Positions 13,209 to 25,295 of a stretch of 64,000 nt of DNA are shown here, one piece after another. Both the position numbers and the translations under genes were made by a program. The DNA is from Squalus acanthias (Eukaryota), in NCBI GenBank assembly GCA_030390025.1, contig CM059432.1, forward strand, positions 31,374,001 to 31,438,000. The letters run 5' to 3'. Position 1 is the first letter of the stretch; each line of letters opens with the position of its first letter. Under the pieces are notes generated by a model. That model was not told the origin of the DNA. It saw only the letters and a program-made list of their open reading frames with translations, and made no database searches.

Positions 13209-13999
13209 ATGGGTGTGTTTATGCTGTGTTACTTTGGACTTCAGATGAGGACCAAGATGACCACCAGGAGCACCAGCAGCAGCGAGAGCTGTACCAGCAG
13301 CACCAGCAGCAGAAGGAGCTGCACCAGCAACACCAGCAGCAGCAGGAACTGCACCAGTGACAGCCTGCTGCTCACAGACCTGAGCTCCACAGGAGAGAAG
13401 GGAGCAGCAGAAAGGTGCAGCTCACAGGAGGCATACCCGGCACACAGGGTCTACAGGCAGCTGGTGTGCAATCACAAAAAGATCTTTATGCATGTGTGTG
13501 CAACATTCCCAAGCAGCTGCTATGATGCTTTCATCCTGCGACAGTCCACCCTCCTGATCTCTTCGCACCTCAAAGCAGAGTTACTGGCTGGCTGCTTGGA
13601 GAAAAGGGATACCCACTTAAAACGTGGCTGATGACACCTCTCAGAAACCCGAGGAATGAGGCCCAGGAGCGATACAATGAATTCCATTGGCATGCTGAAG
13701 ATGCGCTTCAGGTGCCTGGACAGATCTGGAGGCGTCCTTCAGCACTCACCAGCCAGGGTCTCTAGGCTGGTCATGGTGTGGTGTGCTGCGCTCTGCAGAA
13801 CATTGCACAGCAGTGAGGTTTGGACCTGCAGGAAGAACAAGGCGCAGAGCACAGTGCCTCTTCCGATGATTCCAAGGAGGAGGTGGGAGACGAGGAGGAG
13901 AAGGAGGAGGCGGAAGGTGATGCGGGCAATGCACCACCAATGGCGCACATTGCTACCCGGAATGCCCGGGATGCCCTCATTATTGCAAGGTTCACTTAG
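13209..13999 (+). pseudogene. Harbinger DDE transposase (HARBI1-family), internally deleted and frameshifted
   Basis: [46 protein letters not shown] in another frame; [22 protein letters not shown]. Confidence 0.9.
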
Positions 14000-14299
14000 G
14001 TTTCATCAGTGCAGCCATCTAACAACCACACGCAAAAGTCACCTTTGTCCCCAACCCCAATGCCACTAACACAAAGCAGTCCTGCAAACTCCCTTTCACA
14101 GCCCCACATTGCTCAGTGTTAATTCACGTCTTCCCATTCATCATTGCACAACTGAAAAGGCCACTTGCCAGCCAGCAACCAATAATGGGTAAGACAGGAA
14201 AGTGGTGCAAAAGAATAATATTTATGTGCCTCAAATATAAAACAGAAACTTAACATTCTAACAATGTGTAACACACCCATGTGCATACCATTGTGCAAC

Positions 14300-16271
14300 T
14301 ACAAATCTTTGCTCCTCCTTTTCCTAGCACTTCAACGTGGTGCGACCCCTGTAGCTTCAGCAGAGGTAGAGGCAGGCTGTTCAGATCCCTGCTCTAACTG
14401 CTGAGAATCTCTTGGTCGACACCACTGGGTTTTGGAGCCCGTGAGGGCCTCGCCAAAGACTGCTCCACCTGCACCTGTGCAGGGGCAGACTCGGCCATTG
14501 GGACACAAGGCAGCATGTGGGGTACTGACTGAGAGGGTGCAACACGTGAGCAGTGGAAGCACTTTGAGTCGAGTCCCCACTTACATGTCCCCTTCCACCA
14601 TCATCCCTCTCATGGCCCAGCCGAACTTCCCTGCTAGCAATGAGCTGGAGAACACTTTGCTGCAGATCAGTGGGGTGATGAACGGCTAAAGCTAGGGTAT
14701 CGTTCATCTTATTTAAGGTGGCATTCATAGTGTGCAAGCCATTGGTGAAGACCTGCATGTACTTGTGTGATTGCTGCGTTTGATGCTCTATGCAGTTGGC
14801 CACTCTTTCCATGGATGAAGACATCATCGCAAAGGCCTGTGACATCATGCCACTCATGCTTGAGATGGACTCCTCCAATCTCTCTGCAAGCGTGCACAGT
14901 GTGTCTGGAACACCTGTCAGTACATCACACATTCTCTGCTGCTGCTCCAGAGGTATCCTATTCGTCGACTGCCCCCGAGGTACTGCGTCCAGCTGAGCAG
15001 AGCTTGAAGCGTCCTGTGCCCTCCGATGCGGACTCTCCACTGTTGTCCCTGCCTCCACCATTTGCTCTTGCTCACTTGTGAAGTGCAAGTCACCATGTGA
15101 AACCCCAACTATCTCTCTAAGTTCTCCCACCGAAGTGCGAGTATCTGAGCTGGTACATGGTCTGCATAAGTCCTGTGACCCTAAGATTACGTGAGCTCCT
15201 CTGAGGAGTCATCATCATCATGGGCGACCTGGACCACCTCCTGCTAGATGCATAAAGGCCCTATGAAAGACATGAATGAGTACTGTGAAGCTAAGAATGT
15301 TTGAAGTTATCATTATGCACATAATCATATTTCAGTGGCTGTTGATATCAATTCAACATGACTGAGGGTTCTATGCCATGTGGCTGGCCATTATTTAATT
15401 CTGTCACCAGGTTGCTGGCAGGACCCCATCTCCCCATCTCTGATGGCCAGGCACGCCAAGACTCCGCTGATCTCCAGCACCTCCTTCTCTGCAGTTGTCA
15501 ATTGAGAGATGACTGGGGGGCCACCTCTGGTTCTCTGCCCCTCCCTGGTGCTCTCTGCTGTCTTCTCCTGCAAGGAAAGAAAGAAGAGATCTCTGAGTGA
15601 AAGTAATGGCTTGTGTTCACCTGAAGAATGGACAGCATTTGTTGAGGTTGACTATGAGACATAGGCATGACATTGCATAAGGATGAGTTTGAGTGACAGT
15701 GATGGATGGATAGATGGGGATGTGAGTAAGTGCGTAAACAGAGATGGATTGGTTCACCTGCAAGGTAAGTTGGTATGAGGATTGATGTGCTGCAATAGGC
15801 TTGAAAAGGCAGAGTGAGGAGGTTAGGGTGATATGCACATCAGGATAGGTGAACGTGGCACTGTACTCACCTTTCCTGCCCTGCTTAGGCCATTGAACCA
15901 ATTTCTGCATTGAATCCAGGAGCGTGGCACCATGCTCCTGTGCTGACCTCTTGGGCATCCTCCAACCATGCCTTCTTTGTGCCATTTGCAGGCTTCTTCC
16001 TCCCATCAGTAGGGAAGAGTATCTCCCTCCGGGCCCTTACAGCCCCCAACAGCACAGCGGTTCAAGAAGGTGGCTCACCGCCACCTTCCCAAGGGCAATT
16101 AGGGATGGGCAATAAATGCTGGCCTTGCCAGCCACGCCCACATCCCATAAATGAATAAATAAAAATATAAACTATCCAGGGAGGCATCGCTGCACTGGGG
16201 TGCAGTCTTTGACCTTCTACGGCAACACTTCTTTCTCTCTCCTTCCCATCTCCAACAGCTTCAACTTGCAT
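14300..16271 (-). pseudogene. Harbinger Myb/SANT gene, three exons (about 16271-15871, 15567-15408, 15260-14300)
   Basis: SDASLD/VLLGAVRARREILFPTDGRKKP; exon 2 EKTAESTREGQRTRGGPP...; exon 3 TSEQEQMVEAGTTVESPHRRAQD is homologous to 8217-8555; splice sites at matching positions. Confidence 0.85.
16057..16172 (+). mobile_element. LINE 3' tail inserted in Myb exon 1
   Basis: GGGCAATAAATGCTGGCCTTGCCAGC...CACATCCCATAAATGAATAAATAAAAA interrupts the Myb reading frame; a related tail lies reversed at 36890-36980. Confidence 0.7.
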
Positions 16272-16573
16272 GCTTGGAGTGTCCCTTTAAATAGTGGAGT
16301 TTAAATCGTGTCATGCGGGCTGTCAACACGCCTGCTGATGCTAAATGGTCGGGAAACCTGGAAATTATATGTTAGTGCAGTGTTAAAAAGCTACTGACAG
16401 ACGCACTTCACATACTTCCAGGTTTACCACGCGTTATCGGCCCCCCCACATCCTCCCGCTGCCAAGGGGTCTGCACATTAAAATCCAGGCCAGAGTGATT
16501 GAGCACTTAGAAAAGTATGAGCTAATCAAAGAGAGTCAGCATGGATTTGTGTAGAGTAGGTCATAGAATTATT

Positions 16574-16920
16574 GGGGTCAATATTAACCCACCCCCACCC
16601 CATGACAAGGAGAGAGGGTCGGGAGGGAGTTAAGAATTAAAAATCGCGACACGCCTGCTGCCATTTTTAAAGTGGTAGGTTGCGTGGCATGCCGTGTCCC
16701 ACCTTGGAGAGGTGGGACACTTCATTATAATATTTAAATCAGGCTCCTGATTGCCGGCTCCGAACCCTCCCACCATGCCCCTGGTCTTTCCCGATTGCCG
16801 GGGAGCGTCCTCAACGGCATATATGAGGCAAGGCAGGTAAATGGAGTTGAGCTACAGATCAGCCATGATATAATTGAATAGGCCCGAGAAGCTGAATGGC
16901 CTACTCCTGTTCCTATATTC
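16574..16920. mobile_element. GC-rich MITE remnant (16574-16815) followed by a CR1 3' tail (16820-16920, +)
   Basis: Harbinger-like start GGGGTCAATATTAAC; tail GATCAGCCATGAT...GAATGGCCTACTCCTGTTCCTAT. Confidence 0.6.
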
Positions 16921-18176
16921 ATTTTCTTCAGTTTCCTTACTCCCTCCTCATAGCTCTTACCTGATCCCTAGTATCAGTTTAGTGGACCACCTGTAAGCAC
17001 TCCAAGGCAAAATGTCCCTATTGAGAAGGTGAAAGGTCAAATCCAAAGGCATTACAGTAATATGGCCAATTGGCGCTCCTGGAAATTGCATTTCTGTTCA
17101 TTCATTTAAATGAAGGCAATATCGTGGGCTAGGAGTGCACACTTCTCTATTATGTGCTATTGGCAGGTGTCAGGAGTGCCCAATTGGAAAGAAGTTTAAA
17201 AAGTAGAAGCGAGGCAAGGCTTTTCAGAGCAACTCGGGTTAATGTAGTGTGAATTCCCCCAGAGCTTTAACCATTGCCTTCCAAAATGGGGCAATGTCTT
17301 CATATTCCCATGTTAGAACTCTCAGCAAACTGTCCTTTTACCCAGGTGTATAGTTAGTTTTCATGCTGAAGTTACTTTATACAGTTACGGTCTAGATATT
17401 AGATCTTCTGCTGAAGTGCAGTGAATGTTTGCACAGATGACGATGATTAGAGCTTAGAAGGAAGGAGATTTTTTCCAGAACGTACTTTCAAGTCCTAAAT
17501 GTTTATGTAAAAAAAAAGGTATAATAAGTGAATGCTTCAAACCAGAAATCACCACAGGAGCAGTTGAGACTTGAGTCTTGTGAAATGCATTGCATTTGTA
17601 GGAGAAGGTAGCGGTGACCTTGGAGGAGGGCGTTTGGAGAAAATGGAGGGAAATGGGAGGGCGGGAACAAGACTGGATTTGAGCAAATGCTTTGAATGAT
17701 AGATTGCAATGTTTCTCCTTTCTTTGGATGGAAGGTTAAATCAGGAGACTTGCCAATAAATCTGTTAAAGTGAGAGGGGCATCAACAAATGTACCTACAA
17801 AAAGAGAAGCACTTCAACATAACCAAAGTCAAATGCGCAATAAAAAATAAAAATAAATGCAAAACAGTGCAGTGGAGGGCACTGATAATCCTGAATGGTG
17901 CCAATGTATAAATATGTTGCTGCTGATAAAGTGAATTATGTGCGGCGATACAAATAATGAATATTTTCAATGTAACTTCAAGGCAGCTGTGTCAATAGAG
18001 CGGCGGCCAGCAACCCTCTGGTTGGGAGAAAGGGCTCAGTGCCCTACACAAGTGGGAAACTTGCTCATTGCCATTTTCTGGAAGAAAAGGAAGAATTAAG
18101 CTTTTCATCGAAGGCAATCTTGCTCTTAGAAAATGAACTATTCTATGTGAACTAACAACCCTGAGGAAAACAGCTT

Positions 18177-19671
18177 GGGAGAAAAATTCAGTTGGTTCGC
18201 GCCTCCCGTTAGCTCCAGCAGCTGGCGCTAACGGGGCGCTGATGCAGTAGCGCCGGGGTGAGGCGAATCCAGTGACGCACAGCAAATCCGGACCCCCAGT
18301 TGCGCCACCAGTAGGAGGTACCGCCGGGGACTTCAATGCCAGGCAGATTGTGATGTACGCCCGATCTGCAAAATTGATTTTCGCCACTTACCTTCGCGTC
18401 TCGACCAGACAGCGACAGGGCGAGCAGGCGCACAGCTGGCGGAAACCGGCTCCAGCGACGTTATTTAAAGGCATCAGCATTAATCACGCACAGCTGTCAG
18501 GGCAGGTTAGTTTCAGTGGCTTCTTGTCAGTTTCAGCCAGTGGAGCAGTTTGTATGAGTAATTTCAAGTTTCTTTTTTATAAGCAGTCTTCTGGCAAGTG
18601 CAAAGTGGCTACATTTATTGTTCAAAGATTCAAACTGCTACACTTGGCAACATTAATGGGGGCTGTACTGACATGCCACCTCGCCCTCCAGAATCTATGG
18701 TGGAGGGAGCGGAGGCAACCAGAAATACAGGAACATGTGCGCAGAGGGATGAGGAGGGACATCAGGGCTCTCACCAGGAGGCCTTACCCTCCGAGGGTAT
18801 TCCGAAAGCACTTCTCCTACCTTCAATTAAGCGAGGAGCAGTGTATTAGACAGCTCCACATCACCAAGGTGGTGGTCACAGAACTCTGCCACCTCATCCA
18901 AACAGACCTCCAGCCTCACACCAGGATAACTTAAACCCCAGATCCCTTTTGCTCACCACATGCCATCCCTGTGTCATGCCATATCACAGCATTCTCCTGG
19001 GTACAAAGGTGAAATGAGAGAGACCACAAAATATTGCAAACCCCATTAATAAATTTATGCATAAACATATCACACGTATCACATTCATTCTAATAACTAA
19101 TGACACTTGTGCCTGCCATAGTTGAATAGCTGTCATTGTGTGCAAGGCATAAGATGTGGGTGTGAGTGTTGGTAGGTAGAGATTGTTGGTGAGTGAGTGC
19201 TAGGGGTGTGGTGCTTTGGGTAGTGTGTGAAGCTTGTGGTACAGATGGTGGTATGTAACATTTGTTGAAGTATTCAATCACCCTGACCACCCGACTGAGG
19301 TGGATCTGCCATGAGCACACCTGCTTCAGTCCTCCGGCTCCTTCTCCTTGATGTGCTTCTCCTTGCTGAGGCAGCTGCACAGCCAGCAATGCTGAGAATG
19401 AGGTGCTGCAGTATCAATGGACCTCCCCTTTAAGTACTGGGAAAAGCCTGTGGCACTGATGAGTTGAGATTAGACTGCACCCGATATTGGTCCACCCTTT
19501 GAGTGTAACGCCACTGAGCTAAGCCTTTAAGACTTGATTTAGCTCCCCAATCATTTCTCTGAGCAGTGAGAATGAATTTTCCGTGCAGTCTAAAGCATTA
19601 GCGCCTGGCGCTAATTCTCAAACTTTTCTCAAGATACCGCGCATTCCTGGGCTATAATGAATTTCTATGTC
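18177..19671. mobile_element. Non-autonomous Harbinger deletion derivative
   Basis: Left end GGGAGAAAAATTCAGTTGGTT matches 55837; transposase N-terminus RRPYPPRVFRKHFSYLQLSEEQCIRQLHITKVVVTELCHLIQTDLQP at 18656-18934; the right end is degenerate. Confidence 0.8.
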
Positions 19672-19754
19672 TTCATAGCAGTCACATGACACCAGGTTGA
19701 AGGGTCTGTGTAAGAAAATGAAGACTAATAAACAAATGATTAAAAAAAATTCTC

Positions 19755-20120
19755 CCCTCACTCACAGAACAGCATATGGAAAAATATCGGGATCACAGGG
19801 GAGACCTTATAGAGGTGAATAGGATACTTCACAGGTAGAAAAAGTGAACCTTGAACAATAATTTCATATGTATCAGGGCAGCAGGACAAGAGGTTCAGGG
19901 TTGGGAAGGGCAACTTTAGGACAGATGCCGAGTAGTATTTGTTTACACAGGGAGTGATCAAGGGCTGGAATGGGTTGCCAGGCAGAGTGTTTGGAGTCAG
20001 AACACAAGGCTGTCTTAAGGAAAAGCTCAACACTGTCAAGGGGGGACAGTAGGGTTGATATTCTGAGAGAATGAAGTCAAATGGGCTGAGTGCTTTCTTC
20101 ATCCAAACCAATTGTGTGGT
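19755..20120 (+). mobile_element. Old CR1 3' fragment
   Basis: DNA similar to the GDLIEVY...FTQGVIKGWNGLP region. Confidence 0.65.
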
Positions 20121-20945
20121 CCTACGACCAACTAGCTGTGAGTAAACTGGCTATGATGGCGTGAGAGACATCAGTAATGGGAAAAAAAGCTTTTTTTAAA
20201 AAGAAATTAATAGGCAGTGCAATAGCCTGATCTATATCTGGAGTAAACATCTGTTGCTAAGTCTAAATCCCAGATAGAAGGGCAAGATAGTGTGGACCAT
20301 GAGTATAATCAGACGTTGGAATCTGATGCTAAGAATTAATTGAAACCTTTAACAGCCTTCAAAATGTGGACCTAGGGTTCCTGGCCCCATCCAACCAGTT
20401 TACCAACAGATGTGAGGAGGATGGGACTGGAAATGTGAATGGTACACGATCCATCACATGCCCGTTTTCCAAAGGCCAGTCCCAGCAGTAAAAGCTAACA
20501 TGAAAATGTTTCCTGCCATTTGCCCAATTTGAACGCTGGACACAAAAGCCCCACCAAGCAACATTCAAAGGTCAGTCAAGGGGGCCCAAAATGTTAAATC
20601 GAAGAGAGGTCAGTGAACGGTCAGAAAAGAAAAATTTGCTGATTTTGTTTTCAGCCAGTTCAGAGGCTGCCTCTTCCTCGTTCCACAGCAGGTCCCGGAA
20701 CGCCCCGGATAGTAACTTTCTGGCAGTTTGGCACAAATCCCTGGCCTTTGACAGGGAGCCGATATCTAGCATGCAAATATTCAAGGGGCACCTCCACAGT
20801 TCTAGGTCATGATGTAGAGGCATTAATGATACAGAATTTGGAAAAATAGACTAAGTTCCTCAATTTTCTTGGACTTTCTGCTGCTTTATTTAAAAAAAAA
20901 AGTTAATAGGCAGTGCAAAAGCCTGATCTATATCTGGAGTAAACA

Positions 20946-21851
20946 TAGAATTATAGAATCTTACAGCACAGAAGAAGGCCATTGTGCATGTGTTGGCTCC
21001 TTGAAAGCACTATTCAATTAGTCCCAATCCCTGCTCTTTCCCCATAGCCCTGCAAATGTTTCTTTTTCAAGTTTATATACAATTCCCTTTTGCAATCACC
21101 ACACTTCCACCACCCATTCAGGCTGTGCATTCCCGATCACAACAACTCGCTGCATAAAAAAAAAAACTCCTCACCATCCCTCTGGTTCTTTTGCCAATTA
21201 TCTTAAATGTGTGACCCTCCTGCCAGTGGAAACAATTTATCTTTATTTACTCTATCAAAGCCCTCATAATTCTGACCACCTCTATTAAATCTCCCCTTAG
21301 CCTTCTCTGCTCTAATAAGAACAATCCCAGCTTCTCTCATCTCACCAGTTAACTGAAGTCTCTCATCCCTGGCATCATTCTAGTAAATCTGCTTTGCACC
21401 CTCTCCAGGGCCTTGACATCCTTCCAAAAAAGTGTTGTGACCAGAATTGGACACAATACTCCTGCTGAGGCCTAACCAGTTATTTATAAAAGTTTAGAAT
21501 AACTTCTGCCTCTATTTATAAAGCCAAGGATTCCAAATGCTTTTTAACAGCTTTATACATGTCCTGCCACCTTCAAAGATTTGTGTACGTAAACCCCCAG
21601 CCCTCTCTGTTCCTGCACCATCTTTAAAATTGTACCATTTAGTTTATATTGCCTCTCCTCATTCTTCCTGCCAAAATGAATCAATTCACACTGCTCTGCA
21701 TTAAATTTCATCTGCCATGTGTCTGCCCATTTCACCAGTCTGTTTATGTCCTCTTGAAGACTGTTACTATCCCGCTCACTGTTTACTACATTTCCAAGTT
21801 TTGTGTCACCTGCAAACTTTGAAAGTATGCTCTGTATACTCAAGTCCAGGT
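20946..21851 (-). mobile_element. CR1 3' fragment
   Basis: SKFAGDTKLG...WQMKFN; tail ATAGAATTATAGAATCTTACAGCACAG. Confidence 0.9.
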
Positions 21852-22079
21852 CTGTCCATGCAGCCAACTTAACAAGTCAGTCTATTGCACCACTTTTTAA
21901 TATTGAGAAATGTAAATGTAAAGCCGATAGTACAAGACTAGAGTTTGAAAAGGGTAAGAGAAAAGATGAGGTTATTCCAGAAATGTCAGTTAAGTGATGG
22001 TAAGGTTGTGTATATATTGTCATAGGAAAGGAAGACTGAGGGGGGTTCAACAGTTTTGAGTAGTTAACAGTTGAGGAGC

Positions 22080-22405
22080 CAAAGCCTCCTTGAAAAAATG
22101 CAACATCCCCACCAACACCTGGGAATCCCTGGCCCAAGACTGCACAAAGTGGAGGAGAAGCATCCGGGAAGGCGCCAAACACCTCGAGTCTCTTCGCCAG
22201 GAGCAAGCGGAAGCCAAGCGCAAACAACGGAAAGAGCGCACGTCAACCCAAGCACCCCACCCGCCCCTTCAACCACCACCTGCCCCACCTGTGACAGAGA
22301 CTGTAGGTCCCGCATTGGACTCATCAGTCACCTGAGAACTCATTTTTAGTGTGGAAGCAAGTCATCCTCGGTTCCGAGGGACTGCCTAAGAAGAAGAAGA
22401 AGAAG
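22080..22405 (+). mobile_element. RTE LINE 3' fragment
   Basis: Nearly identical to 41447-41770; C2H2 motif CPTCDRDCRSRIGLISHLRTH; (AAG)n tail. Confidence 0.95.
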
Positions 22406-22431
22406 GTTAGAGTAAGCAATGGTGTATTGAG

Positions 22432-23083
22432 ATAAAAACAGAAAATGCTGGAGACACTCAGCAGGTCAGGCAGCATCTGTGAAGAGAGAAACAGAGTTAA
22501 CATTTCAGGACGATGACCTTTCGTCAGAACTGGAAAAAAGCGGGAAATGCAACAGATTTTAAAGCAAGTTTAGGGGCTGGGAAATGGGGGAGGGGTTGAA
22601 AGAACAAAGGGAAGGTCTGTGATAGGATAAAAGGCAGGAGAATTAAAGAGACATTAAGAGATATTCAAGGCAAAAGGAGATGGTAATGGGACAGGTTATG
22701 AAACAAAGGATGGCTCTAGATGAAGTGTAAATTGCGCTGGCAGAATGAAAGACAGCTGCCATGTGGGAGAGAAGAACAAAAGGCACAAACAAAAAGTGTG
22801 GATAAAAAATATATATATGATAGGGGCCGAGGTTATGATCTGAGATTGTTGAACTCTATGTTGAGTCCAGAGGGCTGTAAAGTGCCTAATCGAAAGATGA
22901 GGTGCTGTTCCTCGAGCTTACGCTGAGCTTCCATGGAATAATGCAAGAGGCCGAGGACGGTGAGGTCTGATTGGGAGTGGTGCGAAGAATTAAAGTGACA
23001 GGCGACCGGAAGCTCGGGGTCCTCCTTACGGACTGAATGGAGGTGTTCCGCAAAGCGGTCGCCCAATCTGCGTTTGGTCTCCC
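22432..23083 (-). mobile_element. Penelope-like element 3' part (GIY-YIG endonuclease end plus pseudo-LTR)
   Basis: IGETKRRLGDRFAEHLHSVR...PVACHFN...RKLEEQHLIFRLGTLQPSGLNIEF; 15-bp direct repeat CAATGGTGTATTGAG at 22417-22431 and 23084-23098. Confidence 0.92.
22495..22532 (-). ncRNA. Minimal type I hammerhead ribozyme motif in a Penelope pseudo-LTR
   Basis: Minus strand AGTT-CTGACGA-A-AGG-TCATCGT-CCT-GAAA-TGTT-AACT: core CUGANGA and GAAA with stems I and II. Confidence 0.7.
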
Positions 23084-23669
23084 CAATGGTGTATTGAGTC
23101 CTGATTTGAATAAATTTCAATTGTTCACCAGGCTCTACTCTGTACTTTGTTAAGTATAGTAAATTCTATTCCATTTGCAAAGCATCTTGGGAGAACTTTT
23201 ACATTAAGACGCTAATAGTTGTTGTAAATTGAATCAAATAAGCACCTCCATTTTGTACATGGTATATCCTGTTTTATTTTGACAAACACATTACTGAAGC
23301 CACACATTGATAAAGTCGATATATGTGCACATCCTCCAATATGAAATAAAATCACGGTCTTCAAACCATCATATTCTGTGATGGCAGCAACAAGAGAAAG
23401 TGAGAGAGTTAAAAGAAGGACTGACAGCCTGGAGGGGGATAAAATCCAAGCTTTTCAAAGACCAACACATTTTCCTCAGAAGCTGTCAATCAATCTACGC
23501 CAACACAAAAATGATGCCCTCGTTCTAAATGCTATTTTTTTCAAAATCCATCACCTTGGCAACAATAGGCATGAGAGGGGAAAGTTAAGGCTAGGAGTAG
23601 CTCTGTGGCAGACCAGAACCAAGATAATGAGAAGCCACTCGACATAGAAGGAAGAAAGAATTTAAAAAC

Positions 23670-24010
23670 AACTTGTATTTATATAGCGTCTTTCACGACT
23701 TCAGAACATTCGAAAGCACTGCACAGTTAACAAAGTATGTTTGAAGTGTAGTCGCTGTTATAATTTAGGGAAACACAGCAGAAAATTTGCACACAGCAGG
23801 GTCCTATAAACATTAATGAGATAATAACCACATAATCTGTTTTAGTAATGTTGGTTAAGAGAGCCGGTACACCAGGAGACTCCTTTGCTCTTCTGCCACG
23901 GAATCTTTTGCATCCACCTGAGAGGGACGTCCTAAGGTTGCGAAAGGCCCTATATAAATGCAAGTTCGTTCTTTCTTTCTTGCTTGCTTTCTTGCTTTCT
24001 TTCTTTCTTC
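23670..24010. mobile_element. DeuSINE 3' half (-) joined to an oppositely oriented SINE/L2 tail (+)
   Basis: 23670-23922 matches 54660-54935; 23923-23970 is the reverse complement of the same tail, followed by (TTTC)n. Confidence 0.8.
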
Positions 24011-24344
24011 AGAACTTATATCATGGTCCTAGTTTGCAACTCTCAACTTCCTACCCCCGAAAGACATCCATGGAAAAGAAAATCGGTAGAGTGTAAAATG
24101 GACTGCTGATTCGCTATCACCCATTTTGCGCTACTGCAAAAGACAAATTCCCACCCCCCTTGACTCTATTGCCCTACCAAAGACAAGAATAGTGGCAAAA
24201 ATTCAAGACAGTGAGTTACAACTGCCTGGGACGATCCCTCATCCCCGTTGCCCAAGCACACATGCACACACACGGTTGCAGCAGTGGGGAATTCCTCGTG
24301 TGTCATTTTGGCTCATTTGGTATTGCTCTCACTGTGGGTTGAAG

Positions 24345-24650
24345 CTAACACTTCAGTGCAGTACTCAGGGAGGTGCTGCATTGCTCGGGTGCTCCTCTTC
24401 ATATGACCTATGTCCCATCTGGTAACGCAGGTGGATGTTAAAGATCTCACATCAGTATTCAAAGAAAAATAGAGTTCTCCCAGGCTAACATTCCTCATTC
24501 AACCATTACAACAAAAGGCAGATCAACTCATCATTCAGCTCATTGCTGTTTATGGGATGTTGCTGATGCAGAATAGCTGTCATGTTTGCCTGCATAAGGT
24601 GATTCATGGCATTAAGAACTCTGAGACATTTTGCCATGATAAGGCACTGC
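24345..24650 (+). mobile_element. Degenerate DeuSINE
   Basis: CAGTGCAGTACTCAGGGAG...GGTGGATGTTAAAGATC...CATTGCTGTTTATGGGA is similar to the reverse complement of 54650-55116. Confidence 0.7.
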
Positions 24651-25094
24651 AATTATTATTATAACATAGTTGAAAGCCTATTAGCTCTGGAGCTACACAG
24701 AATGACATAAATCTCAGACTTGCTACAATACATAAACCACAACTCCAATATTTTAGGGAACTGACATCTCAACTGTGCTAAATGTATGTACACAATGTAA
24801 TCTTACCAACGGCCTCTTGAAGAAACACTGAAAACCTGTGCTCTGGTCAAACGTTCTGTTGTGTTAGGAGAAAAATGAGAAGCCTTTGTTTGACAGAATT
24901 ATCTTAACGTCTTCTGTTACAATGGAAAATGAAAGCCTGTACCTCGCAGATAAGCCAAGCTGCCACTTCTTGCCTAGAGCTGCTATCCAGAGAGTTTTGA
25001 ACTACACGACCCTGTTTTTTTTTAGTGGGTTGTCCTGAAACTTCTAAGATGTAATCCATGCACTAGAAGTCTCAACTTTAAGATAGTTTAAATA

Positions 25095-25295
25095 TCTTTC
25101 CATCTTATGATCTGGAATGCACTACCTGAAAGGGTAGTGGAAGCAAAATTAACAGTAACTTTCAAAAGGGAATTGGATATATACTTGAAATGGAAAATTT
25201 TCTTGGCTATGGGGAAAGAGCAGGGGAGTGGAACTGAGCTGGCACAGGCACGATTGGCTAACTGGCCTCCTTCTGTGCTGTAAGATTCTATGATT
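25095..25295 (+). mobile_element. CR1 3' tail
   Basis: TGGAATGCACTACCTGAAAGGG...GGCCTCCTTCTGTGCTGTAAGATTCTATGATT. Confidence 0.8.

Larger units (their letters stand above)
12706..16491. mobile_element. PIF/Harbinger transposon with convergent transposase and Myb pseudogenes
   Basis: Perfect AGA TSD (12703-12705 and 16492-16494); imperfect TIRs GGGGGGAATTTTAACGTG and GGCCTGGATTTTAATGTG; inserted in CR1. Confidence 0.9.
11556..16565 (+). mobile_element. Degenerate CR1 ORF2 (11556-12705 and 16492-16565), interrupted by a Vingi-like fragment and a Harbinger
   Basis: MIEFNIRFE...KVLNLSKANF and NYRPISL-like DNA; the reading continues across the Harbinger into EHLEKYELIKESQHGF. Confidence 0.85.

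Noticed and set aside
17060..17190. Short inverted repeat CCAATTGGCGCTCCTG / CAGGAGTGCCCAATTGG
   Set aside because: Probably a decayed MITE interior; no termini or TSD are visible.
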